From the IMG/VR virus record IMGVR_UViG_3300029317_000049: 64,000 nt of DNA; one strand, written 5' to 3'. Below, piece after piece: positions 38,937 through 49,204 of this stretch. The position numbers and the translations under genes are program-made. The DNA is from an uncultured virus (IMG/VR IMGVR_UViG_3300029317_000049) (lineage: Duplodnaviria; Heunggongvirae; Uroviricota; Caudoviricetes). How positions within the stretch are numbered: position 1 is the first letter of the stretch; each line of letters begins with the position of its first letter. The notes beneath the pieces are model-generated. The model ran no database searches. It was not told where the DNA came from and worked only from the letters and a program-made list of their open reading frames with translations.

Positions 38937-38983
38937 AATATTCTCTGCTTATATAAGGTATGGCTTTCGCCGTTGTTTCACCC

Positions 38984-39011
38984 AAAAAGCCGCCCTGAAA
39001 TCAGGCGGCTT
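38984..39011 (-). terminator. Terminator after HU gene
   Basis: AAGCCGCC/GGCGGCTT stem with A tract. Confidence 0.7.
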
Positions 39012-39029
39012 ACTGGTTATTAGTCAAAA

Positions 39030-39305
39030 CTAGCTGTTTACAGCGTCCTTAAGTCCCTTGCCAACTTTAAACTTCGCCACTTTAGCCGCCGCAATTTGAA
39101 TGGTTGCGCCTGTTTGTGGGTTTCGACCAGTGCGAGCAGCACGGGCACCTAATGAAAACGTACCAAAGCCAACCAACGCCACATCACCGCCTTGCTTGAG
39201 TTCGTCAGTTACCGCGACAGTAAACGCATCTAGTGCGCGACCAGCTGCTGCTTTAGAAATGTCTGCATTGATTGAAATTTTTTCTATTAATTGAGATTTG
39301 TTCAT
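39030..39305 (-). CDS. hup: HU DNA-binding protein
   Basis: MNKSQLI...GFGTF...GRNPQTG. Confidence 0.93.
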   Translation of the reverse strand: MNKSQLIEKISINADISKAAAGRALDAFTVAVTDELKQGGDVALVGFGTFSLGARAARTGRNPQTGATIQIAAAKVAKFKVGKGLKDAVNS

Positions 39306-39331
39306 ATTAAATTCCCCTTGAGGATTGAGTG

Positions 39332-39406
39332 TTAAGCACATTGTCTTTGTTTTTGCCAAAGCCATTGGCGCTGTCGTTTTAGTAACTTTTTATTTTTTGC
39401 TTTCAT
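39332..39406 (-). CDS. 24-aa basic peptide (not in ORF track)
   Basis: [35 protein letters not shown]. Confidence 0.35.
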   Translation of the reverse strand: MKAKNKKLLKRQRQWLWQKQRQCA

Positions 39407-39415
39407 TGCTTCCCT

Positions 39416-40039
39416 TTAAAGGCTCTTACTAACCAACGGAATTTGCACCCAAGCGCCTTGTATATTGCGCTCTTGAAACGTAATGTACGTTTTAGAACTA
39501 CTGCAAATAATGGCTTCGTCTAACGCCTTCATTGCATTGCTCCATTTATCAGACTTATTTGCATCACGGTATTTACGCAACGCTAAGATGCGGTTTTTGT
39601 TGTATTGGCCTTGCTTGTCAGCTTCGAATGCATCACGCATTAGTTGTGATATGAAAGTACTAGTTTCAGCAAGTTCTTCTTCTATAACTTCAGTGATAAG
39701 TTGTTTAGCAATATCAATCTCAGCACCAAAAGAAATTTGATCTGCAATCCCAACTTGAATCTTCTTCTTTTGGTCAAAGCTTGTTAAAGAAATATTACCT
39801 TTAGCCCCACCAATGCTCACTTCGTATTCATCAGCGACTAAAGCGATAAGGTCGTTAACCTCGCTGAAGACTCTTCGTTTAAAGTCTTCGTGAGCTTTGC
39901 TTTGCTCTTTTGCTTGCGCGGTTAGCAGCATTACCAAGTCATGCTTTAACAAATCTTGAGGTTTTATTTCGCTAATAGGTGTTTGAAAACCTCGACTATT
40001 CATTAAAAATTTAGGTTTTTCTATTACTGTTGTCATCAT
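39416..40039 (-). CDS. DUF3164-like protein
   Basis: GGAKGNISLTSFD...W..AMKAL...SKTYI. Confidence 0.8.
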   Translation of the reverse strand: MMTTVIEKPKFLMNSRGFQTPISEIKPQDLLKHDLVMLLTAQAKEQSKAHEDFKRRVFSEVNDLIALVADEYEVSIGGAKGNISLTSFDQKKKIQVGIADQISFGAEIDIAKQLITEVIEEELAETSTFISQLMRDAFEADKQGQYNKNRILALRKYRDANKSDKWSNAMKALDEAIICSSSKTYITFQERNIQGAWVQIPLVSKSL

Positions 40040-40048
40040 TATTTCCTG

Positions 40049-40222
40049 TTAGTAATGTTCGTTAATATCTAAGTCAAAATCTTTCTTGCAAGATGTGCAT
40101 TTTATTTCATAGGTTCCAACTTCTATCGCTGTAGTGCAGCCATGCTCATGAGTACCTTGATCGTCTTCACAATGAGGACAATAAAATTCAATGTTCAAAT
40201 TTACACTTACTGAAGCAGTCAT
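40049..40222 (-). CDS. 57-aa zinc-ribbon protein (not in ORF track)
   Basis: GGGGAA RBS; CPHC...CTSC. Confidence 0.65.
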   Translation of the reverse strand: MTASVSVNLNIEFYCPHCEDDQGTHEHGCTTAIEVGTYEIKCTSCKKDFDLDINEHY

Positions 40223-40231
40223 CGTGTTCCC

Positions 40232-41665
40232 CTATTTGATCATGCCGATAAGTTCGGCGGTAATTACTGGCTCACAAGCGCTAGCTGCTTCGTTCATAGC
40301 CTTAACCAGTAAAGTGTTAACCATTAACGGATACGTCATATCTTTACTGCCTTTAGGTTTGTTGATACCGTATTGAACTTCGCCTTGAAGCTTGTTTTTC
40401 ATGGCTTCAATAGCATCAGGTGTGATCACGTTTTTATAGTCCACATTGCAACGTCCTAGCTTATGAGCCACATAATCAGTGATTGAAGCGCCCAGTGGTG
40501 GCATGTTCATGATGTTGCAGCGGTAAGAAAATTCACGAATCTCAAAATTAGATAAACTTAATGTGGCTTCAAGCTCAGTTTGACCAACCAAAATAACGCT
40601 AACCAAACGATTAAAACCATCACGTAACTCACAAATACGTTTCAAATGCTTTAAGGCGGCATTACTTAAATCGTGAGCTTCCTCAATAACCACCACATGT
40701 TTAAAACCTGCTTTAGCGCTTTGCTTTAACGTGCGCTCAATTTTACGTGCCCGGTTCTCAAGGCCATTAGGCATAGACTTAACATTTAACTCTTCAGCCA
40801 ACGCATCAAAAATCATGGCTGCAGTTAAGCGTTTTTTATCTATGATCATAGGCTCAATAATCATCAACTCAGGGTTGTTCTTACTTACATAGTCGTAAAA
40901 GCCTTTACGCAGTTCAGTTTTACCCGCACCACATTCACCAATTACCGCTAAAATACTGCCGTTAAGGCTCGCTTGTACCATGCTTTCACGCACACGGTGT
41001 TGTGCATGGCTCATGAATAAATCTTCAATGCAATGCACTTCATTTTCAAAGGGGTGACGAGTCAAATTAAAATGACTCATCGTTTTTTGGTAAAGCATTT
41101 CAGGCTCCAATGGCTCAAAAATTACAGTGGGTTTAGGGGTGTTTTTTATTGTTGTTTTGCCTTTTTTCTCTTTTGTTTCATTCCACATAGTTGAAAGCTC
41201 ATGCGTACTAACGTGCTCACTCATAAACTTTTCAATAGCGGCTTTTATTAATTCCTCTTCTATTGTTTTTGGCCATATTCCATGGCGCAATAGTTGACTA
41301 ACGGCAGAGGGAGAAAGCTTCACGCCTGTTGTTTCCATCGCTCTGCGTAAATCAGCTTGTTGTAATTCATACTTCGTTAATAACGGCAGTACCTGGTAAG
41401 CGGCTGTCGCATTAACACTTGTTGGTGCTGCTTTTAGCATTTCCTCTATTTCCTCATTGTTGTCTTCACCCAATAAGCGGGTAAAGCATTCACGAATAGC
41501 ATTAGGGTTTGTACGTGCTGGCCATTGCTCATACCGAATAAAATTAAGCAATGACGTTTTTGAAATGTGCGACCCGTGGGCATTCATATCAGCGACTACG
41601 TCAAGTTGATTAATACCGTGCGATTTCAACGTTCTTACAATTAAACTTTTCTGAGCAAGTGCCAT
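40232..41665 (-). CDS. MuB/ExeA-like AAA+ ATPase
   Basis: GECGAGKT, VVIEEAH, LVGQTEL; follows transposase. Confidence 0.9.
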   Translation of the reverse strand: MALAQKSLIVRTLKSHGINQLDVVADMNAHGSHISKTSLLNFIRYEQWPARTNPNAIRECFTRLLGEDNNEEIEEMLKAAPTSVNATAAYQVLPLLTKYELQQADLRRAMETTGVKLSPSAVSQLLRHGIWPKTIEEELIKAAIEKFMSEHVSTHELSTMWNETKEKKGKTTIKNTPKPTVIFEPLEPEMLYQKTMSHFNLTRHPFENEVHCIEDLFMSHAQHRVRESMVQASLNGSILAVIGECGAGKTELRKGFYDYVSKNNPELMIIEPMIIDKKRLTAAMIFDALAEELNVKSMPNGLENRARKIERTLKQSAKAGFKHVVVIEEAHDLSNAALKHLKRICELRDGFNRLVSVILVGQTELEATLSLSNFEIREFSYRCNIMNMPPLGASITDYVAHKLGRCNVDYKNVITPDAIEAMKNKLQGEVQYGINKPKGSKDMTYPLMVNTLLVKAMNEAASACEPVITAELIGMIK

Positions 41666-41678
41666 GGTGATCTCCTTA

Positions 41679-43457
41679 TTAGCTGTTAACGAGTTTTAAT
41701 GCTGGAGACTTAACGCGCGTTAACTCGTCTACAATGCGCGGTATATCTTCAACAAAAACTGCTTGGTATTGTGCCAATGCATTAATATCGCGTGGCTCTA
41801 GGTCACGGCCTAAGTTCTGCATTACGGCACGTTTAAGCTCTAACGGGCTTAATGGCTTAGCGGCTGTGGGTACAAACTCGGTTGGCATATCAAACTGCGA
41901 GCCTTTCGGGGTAATCGCGGCTGGCATATCAATAGCGTTAAGTTGGCTAATGGCTTTAATCTCGCCATTAAACGGGGTGGTTTTTTTCTTCTTAGCTTTA
42001 TCGATCTCTTCATCAGTAAGGTTTGGATACGCAACGCGGTCCATCACTTTTTGGTTAGTATCAATAACCGTATCTTGCTTCGTATCAAAACCTTCACCAA
42101 ACACAGGTGAATCGGCTCTAAAGCCAGCTGCATCAAACTCAAGCGGTGCAACTTCATGTAAAACGTTATCACCAGACTTATTAGCTATGGTTACTAACAC
42201 CTTGCATTCATCGTTTATAACCAATGGGCTTACAGAAACTTTTAACCCTGCAAAAATACCGTCTAAGTTAGCCAGGCTATACGTGAGTTTCTGCTTAGCA
42301 ACCGGATGGCGAAACGATATTTCTAAATCACCTTTAACTAAACGCGTTACAGGCTCATGCGTAAAAATATAACGACAGTAATCTAAGTCAGGTAACGCAC
42401 GTAAATGCTGAATATTCTCGCTTTGCATAATGGTTAGCCAAGCATCAGTACGTGCCATGCCGTGGCGATTATGTTTCGCGTTATAGTTAGGGATTAAATT
42501 AGCGTTGTAAGCATTTTGCCACTGAACAACCGCTTGGTTCAGCTCCTCAACACTATTCACCGCTTCAAGAAACAAACGACCTTCAAAGAGTTTTTCAACT
42601 AAATCATTCGCTTTTTCTACCGCCCCAGTAGCACGTGCTAAATGCGTGGTATGGGCAATATGGTCAACCTTCAAACAACCAAGCGCATGTTTAATCGCTT
42701 TACTGGTCATGGCGCTACCTTTATCCCAATACACATAGCGTGGCAAACCATGGTATGGCGAGCCAGATAACTTGCTCCAACCAAACAATAAAAAGTCATA
42801 AAGTATTTGCTGATTCTCACCTGCTGATTCAAAATACTTCACTGTGATCAAACCGCTAAAATGGTCAACCATCACATAGCGCCAAACACGTAACCGCTTT
42901 ATTTTTTCAAGCATTTCAGGTTTGTTTTTATACTGCTCTTGCATCGTGGTGTACTTTTGAACTTTCATACCCTTCTTTTTACCCGGGGGGTAATAAAGCA
43001 CACACATTGACGCATCAGCCAAATGCACATGATTGGCATGTAAGCTTTTAAAATGACCGTGAGTAGTGTCTTGCTTGGCTTTTTTAGCAGTCATGTTATT
43101 GTCTCGCAGCAAACGGTTTACATTGCTAGTGCTGGTAAACTTGTGACCATTTTGAGATAACACACTAATCAGGTTAGGCGTTTCTAACAGTGTTTTACCA
43201 TTGGCTCTAGCACTGGCTTTGCTGGCTGCAGCAAGTAAAGTTAACGATGCCATGTCTTGGCTAGTAGTCCCTGCATCAGCACGCGTTTTACGTCCAGAGC
43301 CACCCGTTAAGGTTTTTAATGTGCGGTAAAACTTATCTTTGCCCCAACCCAACTGAGTTAATGCGCGAGATAAAATAGCGCCTTTGGTGCCACTTTTAGC
43401 GTTATCAAGTTGCTGACCAAAATCAAGAACCATAGTGCGAGCTACATCAGAAATCAT
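41679..43457 (-). CDS. Mu-like DDE transposase
   Basis: HLADAS, YWDKGS, GAVEK triad. Confidence 0.9.
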   Translation of the reverse strand: MISDVARTMVLDFGQQLDNAKSGTKGAILSRALTQLGWGKDKFYRTLKTLTGGSGRKTRADAGTTSQDMASLTLLAAASKASARANGKTLLETPNLISVLSQNGHKFTSTSNVNRLLRDNNMTAKKAKQDTTHGHFKSLHANHVHLADASMCVLYYPPGKKKGMKVQKYTTMQEQYKNKPEMLEKIKRLRVWRYVMVDHFSGLITVKYFESAGENQQILYDFLLFGWSKLSGSPYHGLPRYVYWDKGSAMTSKAIKHALGCLKVDHIAHTTHLARATGAVEKANDLVEKLFEGRLFLEAVNSVEELNQAVVQWQNAYNANLIPNYNAKHNRHGMARTDAWLTIMQSENIQHLRALPDLDYCRYIFTHEPVTRLVKGDLEISFRHPVAKQKLTYSLANLDGIFAGLKVSVSPLVINDECKVLVTIANKSGDNVLHEVAPLEFDAAGFRADSPVFGEGFDTKQDTVIDTNQKVMDRVAYPNLTDEEIDKAKKKKTTPFNGEIKAISQLNAIDMPAAITPKGSQFDMPTEFVPTAAKPLSPLELKRAVMQNLGRDLEPRDINALAQYQAVFVEDIPRIVDELTRVKSPALKLVNS

Positions 43458-43491
43458 AAATTTCCCCTACTGAAAATAAAACACGTGAAAA

Positions 43492-44445
43492 TTAGTCAAC
43501 TAAACGCTGTTCAGCAGGTTCATCTTCATTTTGCAGATTCAAAAAAGTATCCTCAGCAGATACATCAGGGCGATACTTACCACCCAACACACCAAATAAT
43601 TCGTTAGTAAAGTTATTCACTAAGGCATGAGCTGCTTGCGCTTCGCTTAATAAACTACGCGCAATTAAATCAATGGCTTTATCGTCTAACGATTCATCAT
43701 TCTGTAAGTTGTCAAAAACATCAGCTAATTGATTGATGCCTTGTTCTATGGCTGTTTTTGCATGCATCATGGCAGCGACATTATCTAAGGTTTGACGTTG
43801 CCAAGGTGCTTGGTTGAAACGGCGTATAGCCTCTATTTCTTTTATTTTATTAAGCTCTTGTTGTGTTTCAGCCGAGTTCTCGCGTACTGCTGAAACGGTT
43901 TGGTTGGCATCATCTACTTGTTTTTGCAATTCAGCTTTTTCAATCACTTGCTTGAAATTAAGGTCTTCAATAAGCTCTTTAACCGCTTCTTTATCAGATA
44001 AATCAACGGCTTCACTGTTGATGATAAGTTGTTGAGACTCTTCAGGTAATTGGCGTAATTTGCGAAGTTCACGATTGCCAAGGCCCATAGACTGAGAGGA
44101 TTCAAAAAATTCTTGACCAAAAGATTCTAGATTTTGTTCGTCCTCTTGCATGGAACGGTAAGAGCGCCCAAAAAACACAGTACAAACATCCTTAATATCT
44201 GCGACCGTCGCACTTTTCCCATCTTCATCGGTATAGACCAAACCCTTGTATTGCTTGGATTCTTTAATCTTTTTAAAGGTTACTAATTCTGCGACAGTCG
44301 CATACTTCTTCATGTTGTTAAAAGCTTGTATTTGACCTATTGCCATCAATACATCTTGCTTACTTGCCAATACCGCTTTGGCATCTACAACAGCTGTTTG
44401 CTGTTCTGCAGACAGTTCTGTAACTTTTGTGTGTTCATTATTCAT
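43492..44445 (-). CDS. DUF3102-like early protein
   Basis: KIKESKQYKGL...GLGNRELRKLRQLP; upstream of transposase. Confidence 0.6.
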   Translation of the reverse strand: MNNEHTKVTELSAEQQTAVVDAKAVLASKQDVLMAIGQIQAFNNMKKYATVAELVTFKKIKESKQYKGLVYTDEDGKSATVADIKDVCTVFFGRSYRSMQEDEQNLESFGQEFFESSQSMGLGNRELRKLRQLPEESQQLIINSEAVDLSDKEAVKELIEDLNFKQVIEKAELQKQVDDANQTVSAVRENSAETQQELNKIKEIEAIRRFNQAPWQRQTLDNVAAMMHAKTAIEQGINQLADVFDNLQNDESLDDKAIDLIARSLLSEAQAAHALVNNFTNELFGVLGGKYRPDVSAEDTFLNLQNEDEPAEQRLVD

Positions 44446-44480
44446 GGGTTTTTTCCTAAGAAATGGCTAGTGTTTGAAAG

Positions 44481-44798
44481 CTATAGCGCCAAGCGACTAT
44501 AGTTGGTTTGATCTTGTTGAAGTTGAAGCTGTGCTTGTGAGAGATTAAGCGCCACAGTATTTGAAAGTTGTACCAGAGCCACGCCTAAGCGGTAGCGCTT
44601 ATTATCAGCGGGTAAACGCTCAACAAACTGCTGTGCTTCAAGATTCGCGAGTACGCGGGTAATATTGCTTGCACTTACATTGGCAAACTTGCTTAATTCA
44701 GTGGGGCTAATGCCGCTAATTTCTTTACCTGCCATGAAGCGAATTACGCGTAAAGTGCGTTGCACCTGGTCTGAAATATAATTTGGTGAGGTGCTCAT
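44481..44798 (-). CDS. IclR-type HTH protein
   Basis: GISPTELS...SNITRVLANL...YRLG. Confidence 0.75.
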   Translation of the reverse strand: MSTSPNYISDQVQRTLRVIRFMAGKEISGISPTELSKFANVSASNITRVLANLEAQQFVERLPADNKRYRLGVALVQLSNTVALNLSQAQLQLQQDQTNYSRLAL

Positions 44799-45307
44799 TA
44801 TTTAGCTCCTTGAGAGAACATATCAAATTCTTCTTGCGGCATTTCGGCAACCTTCACATTACGTTGCTGATATGCCAAATCTTGCATCAGCACTTTAATG
44901 CCATCTATTGCCTCTTGTGCTGTGCATTCGCCTTGGTTTGCTTCAATAATTTTGGCAACTACCTTAGCCATGTATAACTGCAATTCATTCAAATCTTTAT
45001 GCTCTGCCTTGCGACCAGTTGGTGCAGGTACTAACAAGAACCCTTGGCTTTGAGCAAGGTATTGGGTAACAAAGTTAATACCGCAGGCTTCTTCAAACGC
45101 TATCACCTTGTTTACCGGCATGGTTGCATCGCCCAACCACTTGTATAAACAATCAGGGCTTACCCCTAATCGGTCACCAATACGTTGCACACTTTGCTGC
45201 TTTTTTTCTTTGCCATGGTCTTTAGCTAAGTTAAGCGCCTTAACCATAGAATGCGGAACAAGGCGGTTCCAATATGTCTTAGTCATTAGAAATGACTCCT
45301 TGATCAC
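44798..45307 (-). CDS. HTH phage regulatory protein
   Basis: LGVSPDCLYKWL...FEEACG. Confidence 0.6.
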   Translation of the reverse strand: MIKESFLMTKTYWNRLVPHSMVKALNLAKDHGKEKKQQSVQRIGDRLGVSPDCLYKWLGDATMPVNKVIAFEEACGINFVTQYLAQSQGFLLVPAPTGRKAEHKDLNELQLYMAKVVAKIIEANQGECTAQEAIDGIKVLMQDLAYQQRNVKVAEMPQEEFDMFSQGAK

Positions 45308-45620
45308 GTTTCCAAAAATGTAGTTCGTTTTGCTCTATACAACCCAACAGCGCTGAGTCTAAGCTGTAATCAATCACTTGAAACGACAGGACACAGGCAT
45401 CATGCATAACCAAACGAATACGGGTAGTAATACGTTTAACATTACCTTTAGTATTACTAATGAAGAATTTGGCATCATTAGAGCTTTGTTCGAACTGTTG
45501 GTTAAATTGCCCAACCACATTCGGTACGACACAATTGCTTGGGCCATTGAGAGAAAGGACCCCACCATGTTGAAGCTCAAGGCGTTGTGCCAATGTTTGG
45601 GCTTGACTGGTTATATTCAT
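45279..45620 (-). CDS. Hypothetical protein
   Basis: Co-oriented ORF in early operon. Confidence 0.5.
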   Translation of the reverse strand: MNITSQAQTLAQRLELQHGGVLSLNGPSNCVVPNVVGQFNQQFEQSSNDAKFFISNTKGNVKRITTRIRLVMHDACVLSFQVIDYSLDSALLGCIEQNELHFWKRDQGVISND

Positions 45621-45672
45621 TATTATTTTTTAACCCCTGATAAATTTAGACAATCGTTGTTTACACCCAAAA

Positions 45673-45942
45673 CTAAGAGGCTAAACGTAGTTGAAGAGCC
45701 TCAATACGTTCTTGGCGTGAGGTAGCAAGATGTTGTTCATCGAGGTAGCCCGGCACATCAGGAAATACTTTTTCAATAGGCAGTTCAAGCGCAGCAGAAA
45801 TAGCGGTGGCAACGCGTAGGCTGTTAGTTAAACGTTTAACTACCTGCTGAACATTGACGGGGGAGCAATTCAATGCGGCGGCAATCATAGACAGTGAATA
45901 GCCTTTTTTACGTAATTCGCTTTTAATTGTTTCTCGATCCAT
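45673..45942 (-). CDS. Ner-like HTH regulator
   Basis: IKSELRKKGYSLSMIA...IEKVFP; divergent from repressor. Confidence 0.8.
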   Translation of the reverse strand: MDRETIKSELRKKGYSLSMIAAALNCSPVNVQQVVKRLTNSLRVATAISAALELPIEKVFPDVPGYLDEQHLATSRQERIEALQLRLAS

Positions 45943-46018
45943 AGTAGACTCGCTTAGTTATGCTTAGTTGGTGCTAGGCATTGGTTAGTAGTTCTTTTAT
46001 TAAGTTGGGGTTAGTGTA

Positions 46019-46036
46019 GGTGACATATATGTCACC
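46019..46036. promoter_or_regulatory. 18-bp perfect palindromic operator
   Basis: GGTGACATATATGTCACC between ner and repressor. Confidence 0.7.
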
Positions 46037-46057
46037 GTCAACACTTTTATATGACAC

Positions 46058-46483
46058 ATGTTGCTATATAACAGATTGAAAAACGACCGGATGCGCTTAA
46101 AGGTAAGCCAAGAGCGCTTCTCTATCGTGTGCGGTGTTTCAAAAAGAACGTATATGCGTTGGGAAAAAGAGGTTGCGATTCCTGCCGACAAGCTTTCATT
46201 ACTAGTGAATGAAGGGCTTGATGTTCAATATGTGGTCACTGGCGTACGATCACAAAACTTGAGCGAGATAACACATAAACCACAACGTCGTCATTTTGAT
46301 TTTGAAGGAAAACTGAAAAAAATAATTTGTATTTTAGAAGAAGAGCTTGATGCTCAAGGGTTAGAGCTAGACCCCGAGCCTAAAGCACAAGTCATTGAAG
46401 GCTTATTGATGCAGGCAATAATAAACGAAGAGCAACCTACCAAAGAAAATGTATTGCCATTTTTAAAGGTGGTTGGGTTGTAA
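46058..46483 (+). CDS. Xre-family immunity repressor
   Basis: SQERFS..CGVSKRTYMRWEK...DVQYVVTG. Confidence 0.85.
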   Translation: MLLYNRLKNDRMRLKVSQERFSIVCGVSKRTYMRWEKEVAIPADKLSLLVNEGLDVQYVVTGVRSQNLSEITHKPQRRHFDFEGKLKKIICILEEELDAQGLELDPEPKAQVIEGLLMQAIINEEQPTKENVLPFLKVVGL

Positions 46484-46514
46484 CCATTGGATAATTAAGA
46501 TGTAAGGTGTACCA

Positions 46515-46988
46515 ATGACAGAAAAAAATGACATGGAATTTAGGGAACAGGTCAAGCAAGGGTTAAAGCAAGTAAAACCAAGGCAAGGTCGAAGTCAAAG
46601 TAAAGCAGAATCAATACAGCAACCAAACAACATAAGCCAGGTTATTTCTGGAAACAACAATGTAACCTCACTTTTCGGGGGATCAGATAATAATATCAAT
46701 GTCGGCAGTTTTAATTACAAGCCCATATTCAACTATGGCTACCGTGAACCACCACTTGCTTTGGCATCTCAAGAACAAGCGGCTCAACTGCGCAGCTTAC
46801 TTGAAGCTGCTGCTGACTGGGAAGAACGTGTGTGCAATCATCCAAAAACCTATACCCAATTATGTGCAGAGCTGAAAGAAAAATTTAAGTTCGTACTTTT
46901 TGAAACATTACCTGAAGAACAATTTGAGCATGCTATTGCTTACCTAGAGCGAATTATTGGGCGTTTGGCACTAAGTCAAACAACTTAA
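46515..46988 (+). CDS. Hypothetical protein (ORF6C-like C-terminus?)
   Basis: Asn-rich linker; LKEKFK...LPEEQFEHAIAYL. Confidence 0.5.
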   Translation: MTEKNDMEFREQVKQGLKQVKPRQGRSQSKAESIQQPNNISQVISGNNNVTSLFGGSDNNINVGSFNYKPIFNYGYREPPLALASQEQAAQLRSLLEAAADWEERVCNHPKTYTQLCAELKEKFKFVLFETLPEEQFEHAIAYLERIIGRLALSQTT

Positions 46989-47014
46989 ACACATCAAGTT
47001 ACAAGGAAATTAAA

Positions 47015-47572
47015 ATGAAATACTTTTCAATTGTAATGACTCTAATAATGCTTGTGGGTTGCTCATCCTCAGATAAGGCGCTTGAACTAGGTTATGTTCT
47101 TACTCAAGATGAATTTAAGGACTTTAAACGTTACTCTATGCCACGAGCTGGAAACCTAGAAGGTGGAAATGCTCTTTCTTTCAATACAGTTGAGCTGGAA
47201 ATTTATGCTGCTATAGAAAATAAAAAAATAGGTTTGGCGCTAGCAATCATTTTAACAGACGATAGTTGGGTTTTTATTCAGTCGGGAAAGTCACTGATAC
47301 TCATGGTTGATGGTGAAAAGGTGCATTTATCCAGCCCTAGAGGCTCTGCTAATTTTAGAAAAGTGATAGGAAGAAGAATAAAAGAAGAAGCCCATTACCC
47401 TATAACAACTGAACAAATAAAAAAACTAGCATATGCCAAAGAAATAAAAATTAGAATTTATGGCAGTAACGGATATGTAAGTCGTCAGTTTAATCAAGAA
47501 TACTTTGCTTCAGTGAAAGGTTTTTATGAAAAGTTTATTTTGAAAAATGGAATTAAAACTATTTCAAAATGA
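47015..47572 (+). CDS. Lipoprotein
   Basis: Signal peptide II with LVGC lipobox; AAGGA RBS. Confidence 0.8.
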   Translation: MKYFSIVMTLIMLVGCSSSDKALELGYVLTQDEFKDFKRYSMPRAGNLEGGNALSFNTVELEIYAAIENKKIGLALAIILTDDSWVFIQSGKSLILMVDGEKVHLSSPRGSANFRKVIGRRIKEEAHYPITTEQIKKLAYAKEIKIRIYGSNGYVSRQFNQEYFASVKGFYEKFILKNGIKTISK

Positions 47573-47719
47573 TTCATATAAGGAAAATATATCATAGGAG
47601 TAACGCCATCCTTGGCCTCCTTGCTAGATGTATGACTAAAGATTAGAACAATAATAAACAAAAGCAAGCATGGGCTTGTTTTCAGTAAAAACAAAAGATT
47701 AAGAAATAAAGGGAAAATA

Positions 47720-48787
47720 ATGACACCAGTAGAACTTTTAGAGCATTGTGAAAAACGCATTCCTTTTAATACTATGCGCAGCATTTTAAAGGGTAAAGAT
47801 ATGCCTACTCATGGAGGTTGGTCTAAAACAGTGAGTGCCTATAAAGATAAGTTAGAGGAAGATCCAAACTTTGAAAGTAAAGTGATGTCATTAGAAAGCA
47901 CATATAAGCATTATCTTCTAGCGGGTGATAAAGTTGTTTCTATTTATAAAGTAACTGATGATATTACTGATGCTATGTTACGTTTTACAAATGCCTTTGA
48001 TATTAATAACGTTAGAAAAGAAGACTGTGTTTATGAAGATGACTATCCCTTTCCTGTTAAAGATCTTACCGGGATAAATTCTGATGTAGAAATTGTTTAC
48101 AGTAAAAGTATTAATGGCAAGTTAACCCTTGGCTTTTGTTCAACCAGAAAAATAGAAGAGCATGTAAAAGTTGCTATTGAAGAATTGGACACCAATACCC
48201 AAGCCAGTTTTTCTGATTATACAGAGCTGTTTGGTACTAAACGTTATCGAAGACAGTTATTTGACTTTGTTGTTATTGATACGATTAATAATTACGTTGA
48301 GTATCGAATTGACGCTTCCAATGGTCTGTCAGTTAAAGATATAGAAAAGTCATTATCACGTGTAAAAGCTACTTTTTTAACTATGCTGCATGGCACTGAT
48401 GTTGATGAGCATAAATTACTAGCGCATAACTTGTACCCTAAAATAGGTACTTTATATGATAGTAATGAAGGACGTGTATGTGAGCTATCTTTTACCGTTG
48501 ACAGCGGTGGTACCTTTAATGAAAGAATGAGAGGGACCACTGTAGATATACGTAATGAAGAGTTTCACAGTGCTGGTATGCGAGCGGTAGAAAAGATTAA
48601 TACTTATAAAATTGCCGTACGATGGCCTGTAGATGCAAATAATGAAGAAAATAAATTAGAGCTAGAATTACTGCTTAATAGCAGTATGAACGAAACCTAT
48701 AATACAAGACCCACACTGTTTAGTGCATCTATCTTAAAGTGCTATACTGTAGATCAATATAATGCACTTTTAGACAAAATATTATAA
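47720..48787 (+). CDS. Hypothetical protein, gene 1 of candidate defence operon
   Basis: 355 aa, AT-rich. Confidence 0.75.
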   Translation: MTPVELLEHCEKRIPFNTMRSILKGKDMPTHGGWSKTVSAYKDKLEEDPNFESKVMSLESTYKHYLLAGDKVVSIYKVTDDITDAMLRFTNAFDINNVRKEDCVYEDDYPFPVKDLTGINSDVEIVYSKSINGKLTLGFCSTRKIEEHVKVAIEELDTNTQASFSDYTELFGTKRYRRQLFDFVVIDTINNYVEYRIDASNGLSVKDIEKSLSRVKATFLTMLHGTDVDEHKLLAHNLYPKIGTLYDSNEGRVCELSFTVDSGGTFNERMRGTTVDIRNEEFHSAGMRAVEKINTYKIAVRWPVDANNEENKLELELLLNSSMNETYNTRPTLFSASILKCYTVDQYNALLDKIL

Positions 48788-48796
48788 TATAAAAAC

Positions 48797-49204
48797 ATGT
48801 TTATTATCGATAATGTCATTGAACAGGCTTCAGCAGACTTGCCCAATAAAGAACTTTATAGGGCATGTTTTAATGTGTGTGAATATATTAAAAATACTAA
48901 ACCATCATTACTTCAGCATATTAACTACTCTACGCTATATACAGCGTCTAAAGCTGAAAATACCGAGCTACTACTTCAAACCATTCAATACCTAACCGGC
49001 GGTAGAACGCAGGTTCTTGACTCGGCTTATGAGCTTTTTTATGGTGATTTTCCTATTCAAATAGAAAAGTCTTATTTAGCTGAAGCAGATAGAGATGGTG
49101 TATTTATACACCCTGAAACAGGTGAAACAATAGATAACTACCAATCTTTCATAGAAGTCTATTTTAAGCTTTCTGATAAAGTATCTAAGGCTTGGAATCT
49201 GTGA
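48797..49204 (+). CDS. Hypothetical protein, gene 2
   Basis: 135 aa; FIHPETGE motif. Confidence 0.75.
   Translation: MFIIDNVIEQASADLPNKELYRACFNVCEYIKNTKPSLLQHINYSTLYTASKAENTELLLQTIQYLTGGRTQVLDSAYELFYGDFPIQIEKSYLAEADRDGVFIHPETGETIDNYQSFIEVYFKLSDKVSKAWNL

Noticed and set aside
46019..46036. matS site
   Set aside because: Spacer is longer than in GTGACRNYGTCAC, and the position fits a phage operator
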